Shown piece after piece: positions 11,766 through 26,272 of a stretch of 64,000 nt of DNA (positions within the stretch are counted from its first letter, which is position 1; the number at the start of each line of letters is the position of its first letter). The position numbers were made by a program, and so were the translations under genes. Origin of the DNA: Dipteris shenzhenensis (taxonomy: Eukaryota); the NCBI GenBank assembly GCA_047967505.1, contig CM106538.1, one strand, 5' to 3'. Under the pieces are notes generated by a model that worked only from the letters and a program-made list of their open reading frames with translations, did no database searches and was not told the origin of the DNA.

Positions 11766-11851
11766 AGATATCATGTCTGTGATGGGTTTACAAAAAGAAC
11801 GGGCACGAGATATCATGTCTGTGATGGGTTTACAAAAAGAACGGGCACGAG
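11766..11851. repeat. Perfect 42-bp tandem duplication upstream of the HSF gene
   Basis: agatatcatgtctgtgatgggtttacaaaaagaacgggcacg x2 (11766-11807, 11808-11849). Confidence 0.97.
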
Positions 11852-12858
11852 TGTGTGCTTGATGTGGATGGAAGCGAAGCAAGCTTTAGTGCAATCTTCG
11901 TTGATGGCGATTAGTTAGTGGGTGTGGGGGTAGTGACTAGCGAGCTCCCGGAGCACAGATGTGTTGTTGGGGTTTTACTATAGGTCTTAGGAGACCCATC
12001 TAGGATGTAAATACATTTAGGTATTATGAGTGTGTGAGAGAGAGACGCATAAATCTGTTGAGTTCTATATATTATGTGTTGTTGATTGAGAGATAGAGAG
12101 AAGTGAGAAAGGCATAAATCTGTTGAGTTCTGTGTATTAAGACATAATTATGTGTTGTTGATTGAGAGAGTGAGAGAGAGAGAACACGTGACATTGAGAC
12201 GGACAGAAAGAGAAAGAGAGAGAGAGAGAGCGCACCTGTTTCTGCATGAATATACAATGTTTTGGGATCAGCGTTACCTGACCTTAAACCTTTTGTTCAC
12301 CACCAATCTTTTGGCATCAACGAAAGGGCTCAATCTTCTCTGGCATGATACAGTGATTATTTATCGAGTCAATATCGAGCGACGACTGTGCATTGTGCAA
12401 TTCACTACAAGGCTCAAGGGGAAAAGAGAGAGACAGAGAGAGAGGGATACGACTCTTTGGAGATGGGAAGAGAGAGAGAGAGACGGGTCATGCAAACTCT
12501 TGCCAATCTGTCTGTCTCTCTCATTATTAACTCAATGCAGCACGACAGTCCCATCTTTCAAGATCGTATGCATCTATTATCTCTCTGTCTTTCTCTCTCT
12601 CTCCCTCTCGCGCGCTCGACAAACGAGAGAAGTTGCTTCAACACTTGTGACTCTGCCCACAGTCAGATTCATAGATAACTGTGTGTACATCGATTGCCTG
12701 ATAGAAATGTCAAACTGCAATAGGGAATCGCAAGCGTACAGCAACACAGCACAATGCGTCCAGAGTCCATCCAGACTCCGAACCCGAGGGCAAACAGTTG
12801 GAAGGGGCGACATTCCAGTGGCAAGAACACCATTTCATCCATCGACACAGGAGCCCTT

Positions 12859-13095
12859 CCACGTGGTGTGTTCCTTTAGGTCCACTTGGAATCTAATTCG
12901 GCGAAGAGGTCTTCTTGGCAGGTCAGCTGTCCCTCACGTCCGCATGGGCTCCGCGTGGCAGCAATAAGAGGCTCCAGCTGGCATTCCGCGCCACGTAGGC
13001 TCGCGCCCCTTTTCTGATACGCCCATCTGAACCTCCAGCACGACGCCCAAAAGAGAATATTAAAAGTAATTCCCGAATCCCCGCACCACGTACGC
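12859..13095. promoter_or_regulatory. GC-rich cluster of ACGT-core (G-box/ABRE-like) motifs ~1.8-2.1 kb upstream of the HSF ATG
   Basis: CCACGTGG at 12859-12866, plus CACGTC, CCGCGTGGC, GCCACGTA, CCACGTAC within ~240 bp. Confidence 0.4.
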
Positions 13096-16000
13096 TGTTT
13101 ATAAAATTCTCACAAAAAGAACTCAAAGGACAAACACATGACCTAACCCACTCCAAACCTCCGATGGTCCTGTCAACACACCCAAATGTTTCATAGGCCT
13201 AAACCAAACGTCAACCTGGGGAGATAAACATCATTGTTGCCTCCTTGCCAGATTGCACCTTTTCTTCTCATGTTGTACTTTATGAGAAGTAGTGAGACTC
13301 CCAAACCCTACTAGTCTAAAGTGATCTTGGTGCTTCTTAACTGCTGATAAGATAAGCCGGTTTTATTCTTATTTTAAAAACTAGTGATAAGAGTGCATCC
13401 TCATGTAAGCTAACATGGCGAAACTGACACCATTCGCAACCCATCGAGGCCATTACCCACCTGATAGGTCATTTGGGGAGTTACTAGCAAGCCTTACGGT
13501 GCCTCATACTCCTCAACCGCTCCATTCGAGGGTTACACATATTTATGGATTTGAAAGGTATCCTTGATTTGGCCTAATCCGAAAGCCTACAAACCAGCAA
13601 GAACAAGACTTGCAATGGTCAACAATGTTAGGTTCCAAAACTACAAGCAAGGGCGGCAACAAGAGACATCCTGTAAGCTGTGTGAATTGCAAGATGAGCA
13701 CATCTACAATGTAGGGAAAGGTTAAGGAGAGTGGATGTGGGAAGAGGTTGGGTGGAGTCAACCCCTTAAGACAAGAGATGAATGGGTGATTATTAAGGTT
13801 GAGGTGTGGGTAAGGTCAAATATACTCATCATAGAAAGCACAAACCGAACCAACGTCAACCTTATGAGGGCTTTTGTCTAGAACAAATCCGTGGATGACT
13901 TTGGGATGAGCAATGGCAACATGAGCATGTCTAAGAGAGTAGGGAGATGAACCCCATGAGACGTGGGGTTAAGGTCAAATAGACCATCATAGAAAGCACG
14001 AACCGGACAACGGTCAACCATACCATGCGCTTTATCTCGGACCTTGATCACTTTGGAATCTAGTTTTCTCTCTATATAGTAGTAATAGTACGTGAATCGA
14101 GAAGCTGAGTGCCTGCAACCATGAAAGTGGCGACGCCTCGTCCTGGCTATGGCTGCAGCAGCTTGCCGCCTCTGGCTATGGCGCCCTCCGTCCTATAGTT
14201 TAGTAGTGCTCTCTGCAATCTTTGCCTCCTCTGTCTCCGTTCCTCTGTGCCTTCTCTGCCCCCCCGTGCTATCCTTCCCTCAGTGCGCCCTCCTGCAGCT
14301 TACATTCTATTATCCTTGGGAACTCCCACATGTTATTCGTTCTCTCAGCTTTGCCCCCTATTCCTAGATGCATCCTCCTCGCTTTTCTGCATCTTCTGCT
14401 TCGCCTTCAGCATCTGGGTACCTTCACGTTTTTTGGCTTTCGTAGATCTTGATTCCCTCGCCCCCCCATTTCATATTGTGCTCTAGGTACCTTGCCCAGT
14501 CGACGCATCGATTTCCTCGCATCTCGATTCTCCATACATTCCATCCCCACATCCTACCTGTAGTCCCCCTCGAAAATCTGCTTAAATCTCTGCTTTACAA
14601 AACGGCGTCGCACAATTCCGTCCATGCAATGTTGTGGGGGCTGCATATTATGTTATTGCGCGAACGAGTACTACTTCACCTCTATTGCGCATCCATTTGC
14701 GCGTACCCTTCCGTGGATCTCCATTCTCGATTATTCCTGTTCCGGTATTCTGGCCAGCTTCCTTCTGCAAAAGTTGCTTTGAGTCGTATATTGCCACTGC
14801 CTTAAATATAGTTCAACTTTTTGTAAACGAGTGCTGCACAAATCCCGTCCATGCATGTTGCTGATAACAGCTGATAGACGCTTGGAGATCAGATCACCAA
14901 AATTTTCCAAAGATCTCCCGTTCAGAAAAATCAACCCTCCGTCTTAACAGAGATCAGCATCGGAAGCTGCAGGGATCTTTGCCTGTGCTTACCCCTCTCC
15001 GAGTGGCCTGCTTACATCGATTCATGTCGCTCACGTTCCCTTGCTCCATATACCTGTCTCTTCTGAACGCGCCATTGCGTGCATGTCGATTCCTGACTGA
15101 TTTCCCGTAGCGCTTTCGCACTCCAACCTTTCGCACGATAGCCAGGACATGGGTGCTTGCGCTTTTCAACTCCTTGGTCCTTTAAATCTGGCTCAAGTTC
15201 GACATTCTGGATTTTATGTCAAGAATTGTCATTTGAAAGGAATGATGAGTTCTAAGCATAGAACAATTTATCGAAATGCTTAACAAGCGTCTTTGATAAG
15301 TACAAAAGGTGAAATTATAGTGTTAAAGATACGAGAGAGAACATGACTTCAACCTTGTTATGTACATTCTTTACCTCAAGTTTAGGAACTCTGGATATTG
15401 TTTGACCATACTTTTGACCAAACATTGAGAACACTTGGTGTTTTCTAACATTCATCTTAGGAAGGTAAACTTTTGTAGACTCAAATTAAAGATTGAGATC
15501 AATCACTTGTGTATATAGTGATTCATATTTGATATGTACTCCATATATGCAAAGTTGAGCTATAAGTGTACCTTTGGAATCATGTCCCTACTAAATTATT
15601 TGATCAAAATTTGGTATTCCAATGTTCTTTACAAGGAAGAAACAAATACCAAGTTGAGGATATAAAAAGTAAGGAATTTTATATAACATGAGTAAACACA
15701 ATAACTATACAAATGAGAACTAGCCCTGTCTCTTTCAATCATTTCTATTTACTATTTCCACTTTTACTTATAAGATATGCTGAACAGATTTGTGCTGCAC
15801 CCACTTCTAAAAGAGTAATCAAGTGGTGTCTCATGTTAGAGTTAACATTGAAGAATAAAATTATGCATCTAGTTTTAGATAAACTCTTTGTCGCAACTAA
15901 CTCTTAATGAAATGATTGTTTAGACATTAGAACCCCTCGCTCCACCAACCCCCAAATATTATTTACAAAAGAAATGTGTCCTTATCAACCTAATACATCA

Positions 16001-16479
16001 TTGTTTTAATTTCATTTTATACCATTTTGAAGCTTTTTAATGTTTTGAAGTTTTCTCTTATCAAGTAGTGAAAGCTATGGATTACATGTCTTACCATAAA
16101 CTTTTAACTCAAATAGAATCAAACTATGCAAAATATTTGAAACTTCTCTTAAAAACCCACTCAGTATGGATTTAATTAAAGTCATAGTCTTACAACTTGA
16201 CAAATTTGGCCATTCAAGCAACCTCTACTTACCATACACGTTGACTAAAAATGTAAAACACAATTGTGCAAATAAATTCTATGTATATTTGAGAAATAGT
16301 TTTCGAGTTTTAGATTGTACAAAAATAATTTTATATCCTTTACAAAATGTTTTATAATTTAAATTCTATTTTCTTTTTTGTTTTACATGATATGATACAA
16401 TCACAAATTCAACACAGCCATAACATTAGATCTCATTCTTCAATGGTTCGCGAGATATCATACACCTAAGTGACAATCC

Positions 16480-17130
16480 ACCAATATTAAAGCTTATTCA
16501 CCCATGGTGGAAGATACATGTCCATGTTTGTAATTAGCTTAGGCTTGTCTGGAACTATCAGGGCTAGCATGCGATGTCCTTTCTTTATAGGAAACCACGA
16601 AGGAAAATCATACTTTACAACTATCACTCGCCATGTAGATCAAAATGTGGAATAGCATCTAAAGGGATTTACACCATCCATGGAAAATCCAAGGCATAAA
16701 CAAAAGGTCCCATCTTTAACCGAGCTTTAACCTCTGGCTATTTTTTGTCTATTTGGCACCATGCTTTCCCATTAGCTAAAATTCTTAACATGCAATCTAT
16801 TGAGAGATTTTGAGCATGAAAATCCATAACTTGGGCCAATGAAGAATCAAAGAAAAAAGTGCTTTAGCCTAGGTATAATAGGCATGCGTTGCAACACCTG
16901 CTTCGGTATCATGTTCCCTTGTGTATCTTTTCTACATTATGATGCTCCACCTTTTGAACAAAGTGTGCACTGCTCATACACATCCCTGTAAAGAAAGCAA
17001 TCATTTGGGCAAAGCATGGATGGAGTTGCAGCCCATACCAAATGCTACAACAGCTTGCTTTGCCTCTTTTCTGGACTCTAGGACAATGTTAGAATTTGGA
17101 AGCCATGTACATAGCAACCTACACAAAAAT
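16480..17130 (-). pseudogene. Decayed CACTA Tnp2-type (Transposase_21) transposase fragment
   Basis: Hand translation with frameshifts: LPNSNIVLESRKEAKQAVVAFGMGCNSIHA/CPNDCFLY; IPKQVLQRMPIIPRLKHFF; FSMDGVNPFRCYSTF*STWRVIVVKYDFPSWFPIKK..LIVPDKPKLITNMDMYLPP. Confidence 0.85.
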
Positions 17131-19189
17131 GCAAATGCCAAATTGGGCATAGTCTAAACAAATCTCTTATCACAACTCCACAAGATTTCTTACCATGAAA
17201 GACAGGTAATATTTATGTCAAACAATTTATTGATAGCCTATACATTCAATATGAAAAGAAAATTTGCAATAAGATGTGTTAGATCGTCTATATAGCATTG
17301 TATTTGCCTCATTCTTATCCTAGCCTCCTCAATACTCATGGGTGTGGTTCTAAATGCTCTCCACATCCTAGAAGACACTTTTTTGCATGTTCATTCCTTG
17401 AATCTAGACCAATATATGCAAGTATCAAGTCATGCATTGCATCATCTTGCTCGTGATCACTCTCATTTGGTACATATTAATGCTTTTAGGCTTTCCTCAT
17501 GCCTCCTCTCCTCTTTGTTGATGCTTGTTTGAGCAAATGTTTGTAGTTTCAATTCAATTGCGATTCATGTTGATAATGTAATGCAACGCATCACCTCTCA
17601 TATGTTCCCTCTTTGTAAGACTAAAAACCAATATCCACATATTTAAATACACATTGAACGTCACACAAGCCAAATGACTTAGGCAAATGTGAATCCTCGT
17701 ACCCCATCGTTTTTTGAACGTGTACTTGTAGTTCAAATGACCAAATTCTAAAGATGCTTATTAGATATGCACACTTATCTACTTATGGAACACTTACATT
17801 ATGCACATTTACATAATATCTTCTCATGCATCCTATCAAAGTGACTTCGGTGTTGATCTCCCTCATTTGAGGTGCTTGACAATGTAATGTCATAAAATCT
17901 AATGTTAAAATATGCAAAACAAACACTTATCTATCTTTGAAAATATAGTTTTCATTAGAAACCTTGAATACAATACACTAAGCATCGAAATAACTAGATA
18001 CAGAATCCTAACTATTGATAATATCATCGATACAAAACAAGTGTTTTAAAAACCCATCAAAACTACCCGAAGCACTATCAAATACGCCAATAAGATAGTC
18101 CATAAATTTCAAGTATTAATGCTTGCAATGCTTTTCAAGTGTAAGACCCTCTTTCAGGGGTCCATTGATTTTTAATTGCAAGTTGCATCTAAATGTTTCT
18201 GCCAAAGCATCATAGGACCTACTATTTATAATATTTATGCGGTTAGTCACATGGGCCTTTATAATTGCCTTAGTTTGATTGTTTATAGTAATTAGTATGT
18301 GTTGTTGGATGTGATTTGCACCCCAAGGACCTATACTATTTCTATTTACGTTATGTGCCATGTCCAATCTCTTTTGAGTGAAAGCATTGTAACAAAAAAA
18401 AAAAGCATACTACCATGTATGTAAAAAGTACTCTTTTGGGAAAAAATGGTGGATTCCTAAATGTAGATATAGTACTACATTGTATAGTAGCTATGGCTTG
18501 GAGCCTTAGTAAAATTACATGAAATTCAAATCCTTCCCTCCACATTGAGGATTCTAGAATCTGCAATCATTCCCCTACATAATGAGGATTCCGAGATCTC
18601 ACTCTCTCCCTCCCTCCAATCACGCTCTCTTTGTAGGCTGTTGCATTGTCTTGATAGAGCGCTATTGTTGCAAATGAAGTGAAAACATTGCATGGCTTCT
18701 CGAAAAAAGATTCCGTTCAAAATCCTAGGATTATTTAGTGGCCACTTTTTAAAAGTATTTTACTTTCTCATAGGTCCATCTCCAAAAATAATCGATTCTA
18801 CAAAAGGGTACAAATTTATGCAACACAACTTTTTAAGATGAACTAGATACATATACTTAGGCTTTCTAACTTGACTGCACATGAATATCATCTTCAAAAC
18901 ACATGCTAGATTATGAATTTTATTTTCAAGGTTGCAAGAAATATTTTACAACCACAAAGTCACCCTAAGATTTCATCATCACTGATGGTATAGAAATGTA
19001 ATTCAGACCAAATGAACATGAATATATTATTATTTATATTACAACCAAGAAACCAAATGAAGTACATGTGAAATATGTACCAAATGGGAATTCCATATGA
19101 CAAATAGAAAACCAAATCATTTAAATATATAAAAATATGTCCATATGTCAAAATTTATATGAAAAACCAAATGTCTAGTACGTGCCTTC

Positions 19190-21087
19190 AGCATTGACGA
19201 GCTTACAAGGGAATGCAGAATCTTAAAGGACCAACTTGCTACTGCTCAAGAGGCCAGCACTTCCAGCACTTCACAAGCACAAGTATTGGACCAATGGTCC
19301 AATACCATTGAAGACATTCCTCAACAAGCAAAGGTCACCTTGCAAATGAGAAAGCTTAAGGAGGCATATACAACCATCTACCACAGCAATACAAAGAAAA
19401 AATGAATGAGATGCACTCCCAAAAGATAATCATCTCGAAGCTTGAACTCTAATTGCTAGTGCAAAACAATGAGGCATTGGAAGACAACACCAATGAAGCC
19501 CCACTACAATGCACAACAATGGTGTACCAAGAGCTTGTGGCTGCTCTACAAGTGGAAGATCACCTCAAAGCACGCATGCTTATCCAATGGAAGCAACTCA
19601 TCAAGATCATATCTGCTCATCCAACAATCAAATGGGAACGTTCCATAGGGACCAAAACTCTACGCATAATTTTCCAAGACTTGTCTGAAGATGAGGAAAA
19701 TATCTTCTCCTTGTCTACACATGCCAGGTTTATAGCACTCAGGACAGATGCTTTCATTGCATATGTATGCCTCATGGGTAGTCCTCCCCTCAGGGTTATT
19801 GCTTGTTTGTTGCCATTGCTACAAATGCCATCACTATTATTTGCAAGGCACGACATAACCGACATCCCACCCATGCAGCTGATGATCCCATTGCACCAGA
19901 GCAAAAAGAAGTGTCAGAAGATCATAGGGCCTATCTCACATCCAACTTCCCATATCTAATCACTCTCTCTGCCAACCTCATAACCTCACTTACCCTTGCT
20001 GCACTACCACCCTCTTAACCTTCCCCGAGCTCTATCCTAACATCTATTCACTCCATCGTCTCCTTGCCCATGCCTCTCACCATTTTCAACTAACCCAACA
20101 ATCACAAACTTACAAGCCTCTCACACCTAGCTTCTTCCCCTCCCTTGCTAATCCTACCCTTGAGGATTACCAAGTTGCTCAAACCATTTGCCCAGTTCTT
20201 CCCTCCCTCCCCTCTGCTCCCCCTTCCACAACTAATACTCTTCCATATTTCTCCCCCATGTCCCCAGATTCTCTCCCTACCCCTTCATCACCTCCGACAC
20301 TACTTGTCCTTCCATTAGTAGAAAATGACACAATATTTGATTTTGAATATCAGGATCCGAATAATCCAATTCGTACTCCCATGCCAGATTCCAATGATGG
20401 GTATGATTTTGATGAGATACCACTTCCTAGTAACGCCATCAAGGAATTTTGGAGCAAATATCCTGATATGAAAACTCAAGGTGGATGGACCTTGGACAAC
20501 TTTCCTACCAACCTTCGTCAGCGTCAAATTAGTTGAGGTTGGATAAGCAAGTTGGATCCATAACCTGATTGGCGCCATCCCAAGCTCTTTGATGTAATCT
20601 TCTTGAAGGAGTACCTACGTGCACCTCCATGTTTTAGAACCCATCCCAAGTTCTATGCAGTTCCACGATGTAAAAAATGGGAAGCCAACATACACACTTT
20701 GGATGAAGATCGAACCATTAATTGGCCAATGATCGAACCATACTCTGGTGTAGAATGGAATATCCAAGGCACAATGATTCGGGCACTTCAGCAGCATGAG
20801 CAAATAATTTGCGGCAACATTGATCGCTTCCTTCGCCTAAGTGCTATATTCTTAAAACATTGGAATTCATTCTGGAGGTCCCATGTTATCTCGATACCCA
20901 TTTGCCTCCACTCAGTTTCAATCCCAATGAACGGGTCGATGCTCAGATTACAAGCCAACTCTATCAAAGAGTGATCTTCTTAGAAGCACGCCACATCCTC
21001 CTCGAAACTAAGCAAAAATTGTATGGTGCAAAGGCTTTACAACGGGACGGACTGGCACAACACAAGTTCCACAGCCCACCAGACTAA
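19190..21087 (+). pseudogene. Decayed protein-coding region of unknown family (coiled-coil-like start, Pro-rich middle), probably a retroelement accessory ORF
   Basis: Successive plus-strand ORF fragments (19453-19959, 20258-20536, 20603-20974, 20860-21087) with protein-like composition; no recognised domain. Confidence 0.4.
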
Positions 21088-21277
21088 CAGCATGGCAATC
21101 CAAGTACATGCTCACAATAAGCCATAACCTGAGGACCGGGTAATAAAATGGATCTGGGAGTATGTTGTCTCTGTGCCAACATGGACTTAGGCAGAACAGA
21201 ATGTGTGTGTAGAGTAGTGGCAAAGCTTTGCTTGTACTTGCATAAGGCTAGAAATAATTTCTCTTAGAAATCCAACT

Positions 21278-21620
21278 TGCATGTTCTACATGCAAGTTCT
21301 ACATACGATTCCTACATGCAACTCCTACATGCAACTCTTACATGTGAGTTCTACATGCAACTCCTACATATGAGTCCTACATGAAACTCCTACATGCGAG
21401 TTCTACATGCAATTCCTACATGTATGTTCTACATGCAAGTTCTACATGCAACTCCTACATTGAGTTCTACATGCAACTCCTACATGCGATTCCTACATGC
21501 ATGTTCTACATGTGAGTTCTACATGCAACTCTTACATGCAACATGCAACTCCTACATGAAACTTCTATATGCAAGTTCTACATGTAGAGAGAGAATGTCT
21601 TACAATTCCTACATGCAAAG
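21278..21620. repeat. ~13-bp minisatellite (CTACATGCAACTC / TTCTACATGCAAG variants), roughly 25 copies
   Basis: ctacatgc core recurs at ~13-nt period. Confidence 0.9.
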
Positions 21621-21776
21621 AGAGAAGCTCTCCAACTTGTATAAATACCCCATAATGGAATGAAGCCCACACTCTTTGGGGCATTGTGTTGAGTTCTACT
21701 TTGGTATTCCAAGCAATTGTCTCAAGTGTCCATGCTTCCTTGCACTCCACGTCCAAAAGCATGTCCTAACCTTGCA

Positions 21777-22205
21777 ACTCCTCCTCCCCTCTCCTCCAAC
21801 CTTGCAACCCATCCTCTCCCTTTTCTCCTCCCTCCTCCTCCTTCCTCCTCCTCCTCCCTTCTCCTCCTCCTCCTCCTCCTCCCTCCTCCTCCCTTCTCCT
21901 CCTCCCTCCTCCTCCCTCCTCCTCCCTCCTCCCTCCTCCTCCTCCTCCTTCTCTCTTCTTTCCCTTATGCTCTTACACCTTCTTCCTCTCCCACTCTTAT
22001 GCTCCCCCTAAACCCTTAGTTCCTCAACCCTTAACCTCCATGATCTACAAGGGAGATGAGTTCTCCACCATGTACTCTATACCTTGAACCTTGGAACCTC
22101 CTTCTAAACCTTGGAACTCCTAACCTTGGAGCCTCTTCTAAACCTTGGAACCTATTTCTAAACATTGGAACCTCCTTCTAACCCTTAAACTCCTCCTAAA
22201 CCCTG
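21777..22205. repeat. (CCT)n tract (~21777-21960) and ~20-bp CCTTGGAACCTCCTTCTAAA tandem repeats (~22080-22205)
   Basis: Read directly. Confidence 0.85.
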
Positions 22206-22249
22206 CAACCCTGAATGAAGACGAAAGCCTTCATTACCTCAACCACGAT

Positions 22250-25200
22250 GATACACGTTCCTCTTGTTTTTGTATGCTTCTCCAACTGATAGAGTCTTTC
22301 TTTCAAGGATTCATAGTCTCGCATGCATTCCTGTACTGCTATATGTAGACTTGGTATTACAAATTCTAGTGGGACCACAGCTTCAAGGCCATACACCAAT
22401 TGAAAAGGTGTGTTCCCTGTACTGACCTTGAGTGTGGTTCTGTATGCCCATAAGGCTGCATTCAATTTCTCTGCCCAATTAGAACGCTGTGGTTCTACTA
22501 CCTTGGTGAGGATAATGCATATTATTTTATTAGTGGATTCGGCCTGTCCATTCCCTTGGGGGTAGTAGGGTGTGCTTTTTCTATGGATTACCATAAAGTG
22601 AGACAAGAGTTCTTGGATTACCTCATTGATAAAATGTGTGCCTCTATTTGACACAATTTCAATGGGGCATCCAAATTGGGTGATCACATTTTTGTATAAG
22701 AATCTTGCTGTGCTTTTGGAATTTGGCTTTCTAATTGCTTTAGCTTCAGCCCATTTTGTAAAGTAATCAGTGGCCACAATGATGTAGCGTGCCTGTGTTC
22801 CTTTTGCTGCTAGATAGATGGGACCCACATAGTCAATCCCCCATTTTTCAAATGGTTTTTGTGCAACAACTGTTGTTAGGGGATTGGAGTCTTTGTGTTG
22901 TGGTTTAGTAGTCCGTTGGCATACATCACAGCCTTTTACATATTGATAGGCATCTGCCCACAGTGTTGGCCACCAATAGCCTGCGAGGAGAACTTTTCTT
23001 GCTGTGGCTTCCCCTTGGAAGTGTCCTCTTGCAATGCCTTCATGGACTTCAATCAGGATTGGCAAGATCTCATGAGGCATTACACATCTTCTTAATACCT
23101 TGTCCTTGCTCATCTTGTACAGTTGTCCTGCAAAATGAGTTGATAGGGTGTAGCCTTTAGAATTAGTTTTCTGGCATCTACTGCTTTCATTTCAGGGGGT
23201 GGTCTTTCTATCATTAAGTACCCAATGATATCTCCACACCACTCTGTAACAACATCTATTTGAAATAGTGTGGCATCTGGTAAGTTGTCTTCTACTCTAC
23301 TGGCTTCTTCTCTCGACTTGACACGAGACATGTGATCGGCAATGTAGTGTTGGGCACCTTTGTGGACCACTATTTTGAAGTTGAATTCTTAAAGCAAGAG
23401 GAGCCATTTGGTTATTCTTCCTATTGTACATGGACGGTTCACAAGATAAAGCAATGCTTGATGGTTGGTGTAGAAGACAAAATCATTTGCCAATAGATAA
23501 TGCTGAAATTTCTTTACACTATACACCATTGCTAGGGCTTCTCTTTCTATGGTGGTATAGTTGATCTCTGCATCATTGAGTTGTTAAACTGGCAAAGTAG
23601 AATGGGTAGTATTTCTTATGTTCACCAGGCTGATAAAGTGCACTCCCGATTGCATACTTGGATCCATCAATATGAACATGAAAATCAATATCCCAATTGG
23701 GAGATATAAGGATGGGTGTTGTGATTAGGTGCCACTTTAAAAGCTCAAAGGCTTGGTCGCACTCTTTTGTCCATAAGAATTCCACTACTAATTTGTAAAG
23801 TGGTCTAGCTATCATGGCATACTGCAATATAAATCTTCTATAATAGCCGGCATGTCCCATAAATACCTGTACACCTTTGGAATTTGTAGGAGGAGGCAAT
23901 TCCATGATGATTTTGATTTTGTCCATGTCAGTTGCAATCCCATGTTGAGAGACGATGTGTCCCAAAACAACTCCGTGGGTGACCATGAACTGGCATTTTG
24001 TTGGATTTAGGGAGATGCCATACTCCCTGCATTTGATTAGTATTGCTTCAAGACATTTGAAGTGGTCTTTTTTGTTTGAATGGATGCACAAATCATCCAA
24101 GAATACCTATAAAAACTTATTCAGAAATGACTTGAAAGCTGTGAACATGACTCGTTGAAATGTGGCCGGGGCATCACAAAGGCCAAATGGCATGACTCCA
24201 TATGCAAAAATACCCCATTCTGTAGAAAATGTTGTTTTTGATTGGTCTTTAGGAGCTATTTGCACTTAGTTATAGCCACTGAAGCCATCCAAGAAGCTAT
24301 ATATTTCGGAGCCTACCACCTTTTCAAACATTATTTCTGTTAAGGGAAGGGGATAGTGATCCCTAATTGTGGCGGCATTCACATTCTTTAAGTTTACGCA
24401 TATTCTGAGCTTCTTGTTGTGCTTAGGCACAATGACGATGGGTGAAATCAGTGTGCTCTATCTCGTAGATGAATCCAACATCTAGGAGTTTCTCCAACTT
24501 GTCATAAACCCTGGTGCCATAATTAGGATTTGTGCGATAAGGTCCACATACCTTAGGGTGAGCACCTTCCCTTATAGGTATCGTGTGTACTGCCACATTT
24601 GGTGAAATTCCTTTCATCGCTTTGTATGACCATGCTAGGCAGTCACGGTATTCCATTAGGAGTGCTTTGAGTTTGGTTTCATATTCTTGGCGAAGCTATT
24701 TCCCAATGAAAACTACTTTTTCTTCCTCACAAGGGCGACATTTATTGTGCGTGTTTCTGCGAGTCCCTCATAGATTGGAGTTTCTCCAATGCTATTAGTT
24801 TCTTGAACTTTAGATTCTCTTAGTGGTTTGGCATTGCTATTGGCGCACTGCCACTTGTGTAATTCTCGAAGTATTCCGACACTTCTCAAAAATCGGCCTC
24901 TGATGGTGTTGAACTAGCTTGACATGTGCCATGTGTATTGGGTGGCATAGTTGTATTTACCAATTTGTTAGGCTCTTCCTGACTTTCTTTTTCTGAAGTC
25001 TCTTGATCGAGCTTCATCTGCATATGTGGCTTATATTTTTGAAACTTCTTACATTGGGAATTGTGGGGTAACTTTTCCACTGGTAAGGTGTTTCCAAGTA
25101 AGGGTTCATTTGCTATGCATACTCCTTCCAGTCCCTCAGGGGACCATTCAAGAGGCGTGGTTCTAATTTTGAGGGAGTTGGCTTTGCAAGGTACAATTTG

Positions 25201-26272
25201 ACGATCCTTGTTTGGACTCATTTGAATTCATCGAAGTGTTCGGCCTTGGCTTTTTTGTAGTTTCCTCCAGCTTTTTTGCGAGATCTTCTGTTGTTATTCA
25301 ACTTTGGAGGTTCAGCTTTTGGGAGCCCGACTGCTATTAGGGCATGCAGAATGGCCAAGTCATTATCAAAGATTTGATCTTCAATTTCAACATTCTTAGC
25401 CTCAGTTTCAAGGTCCCAAGGAAAATCTGAGTCATCATTGGTATGGGTATCTTCTTCAGGTTCATTATCCCACTCAAGGTCAGTAGCCATAAAGAAGGGC
25501 ACCTCTAGATCAATTGGTTCTTCATGTGTGAGTGGAGGATCTACCTGTAGCACCTTAGCATCAATCTGTGAGAAGATGGGGTCTAATGAATGGCAATTGT
25601 CGATGGTCGCCAATGTTTGTATCCAGTTATTTACATTTCTTTGTGAATTGCCCACTATGGCATGCTATTGCAAGGGAGTTGATTTGCTTGAGATTGTCAT
25701 TGAAGATGTGTCATCCAATGCTCTAGGCAACACAATTGGTTTTATAGCTCCTGTTCCCACATTCACGCTGACTACAATGTCACGATTTTGGATTGTCAGT
25801 TTATCAGTTCCCCAGTCATGGAGGACTAATGCTTCCCGTAACCAAGGACGTCCCAGTAAGATTTGATAGGGATTTTTTGGGAGATCCAAGATTGTGAATT
25901 GAAGGGAAAAGCAGACGACTACGACCTATGTGGAACGCCATTTACTATTCCCAAGGGTTTAGCCCATGAATCATCAGTAAGGCGTATGTTGAAATTAGCC
26001 TTTTGCATTGGTGGGAGACCCCATTCTTCATAGAGCTCCTTTGATAGGACATTTACACCTGCTCCACCATCCACTATGGCTTGGACTTCATTATATGCCT
26101 TGTGGATCAAAGGCACAGTAATGTTGTGTATGTCATCTCTCTCACCCATCCGCACGGGGATATTTTCGATGTCGTTCATAGGTGGAGAGGGATTTGCAAG
26201 TTCAATCCATCCTTTGAAAGTCCCCCAGAGATTGGGACAATTTTGTAGGAGAATTCCGATGGAAATTGACAC
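22250..26272 (-). pseudogene. Gypsy G pol: protease (~25665-26110), RT (~23850-24660), RNase H (~23110-23700), integrase (~22250-23113)
   Basis: ORF fragments 25919-26272, 25665-25889, 24423-24656, 23573-24100, 23110-23370, 22196-23113 with the motifs above; stops and frameshifts. Confidence 0.93.

Noticed and set aside
12152-12967. 271-aa ORF upstream of the HSF gene
   Set aside because: TTG start, built partly from GA/CT repeats, no domain similarity.
13775-14025. Imperfect direct repeat (taaggtcaaata..catcatagaaagcac.aaccg)
   Set aside because: Two degenerate copies only; probably a decayed dispersed repeat with no definable ends.
14120-15170. GC-richer block with several short overlapping ORFs and a repeated ccgtccatgca.tgttg word
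   Set aside because: No recognisable protein motif, termini or TSD; cannot be assigned from sequence alone.
7070-17760. HSF gene captured inside one CACTA element
   Set aside because: The left remnant terminates at 8237 before the gene and the right remnant is on the opposite strand; they are two separate elements.
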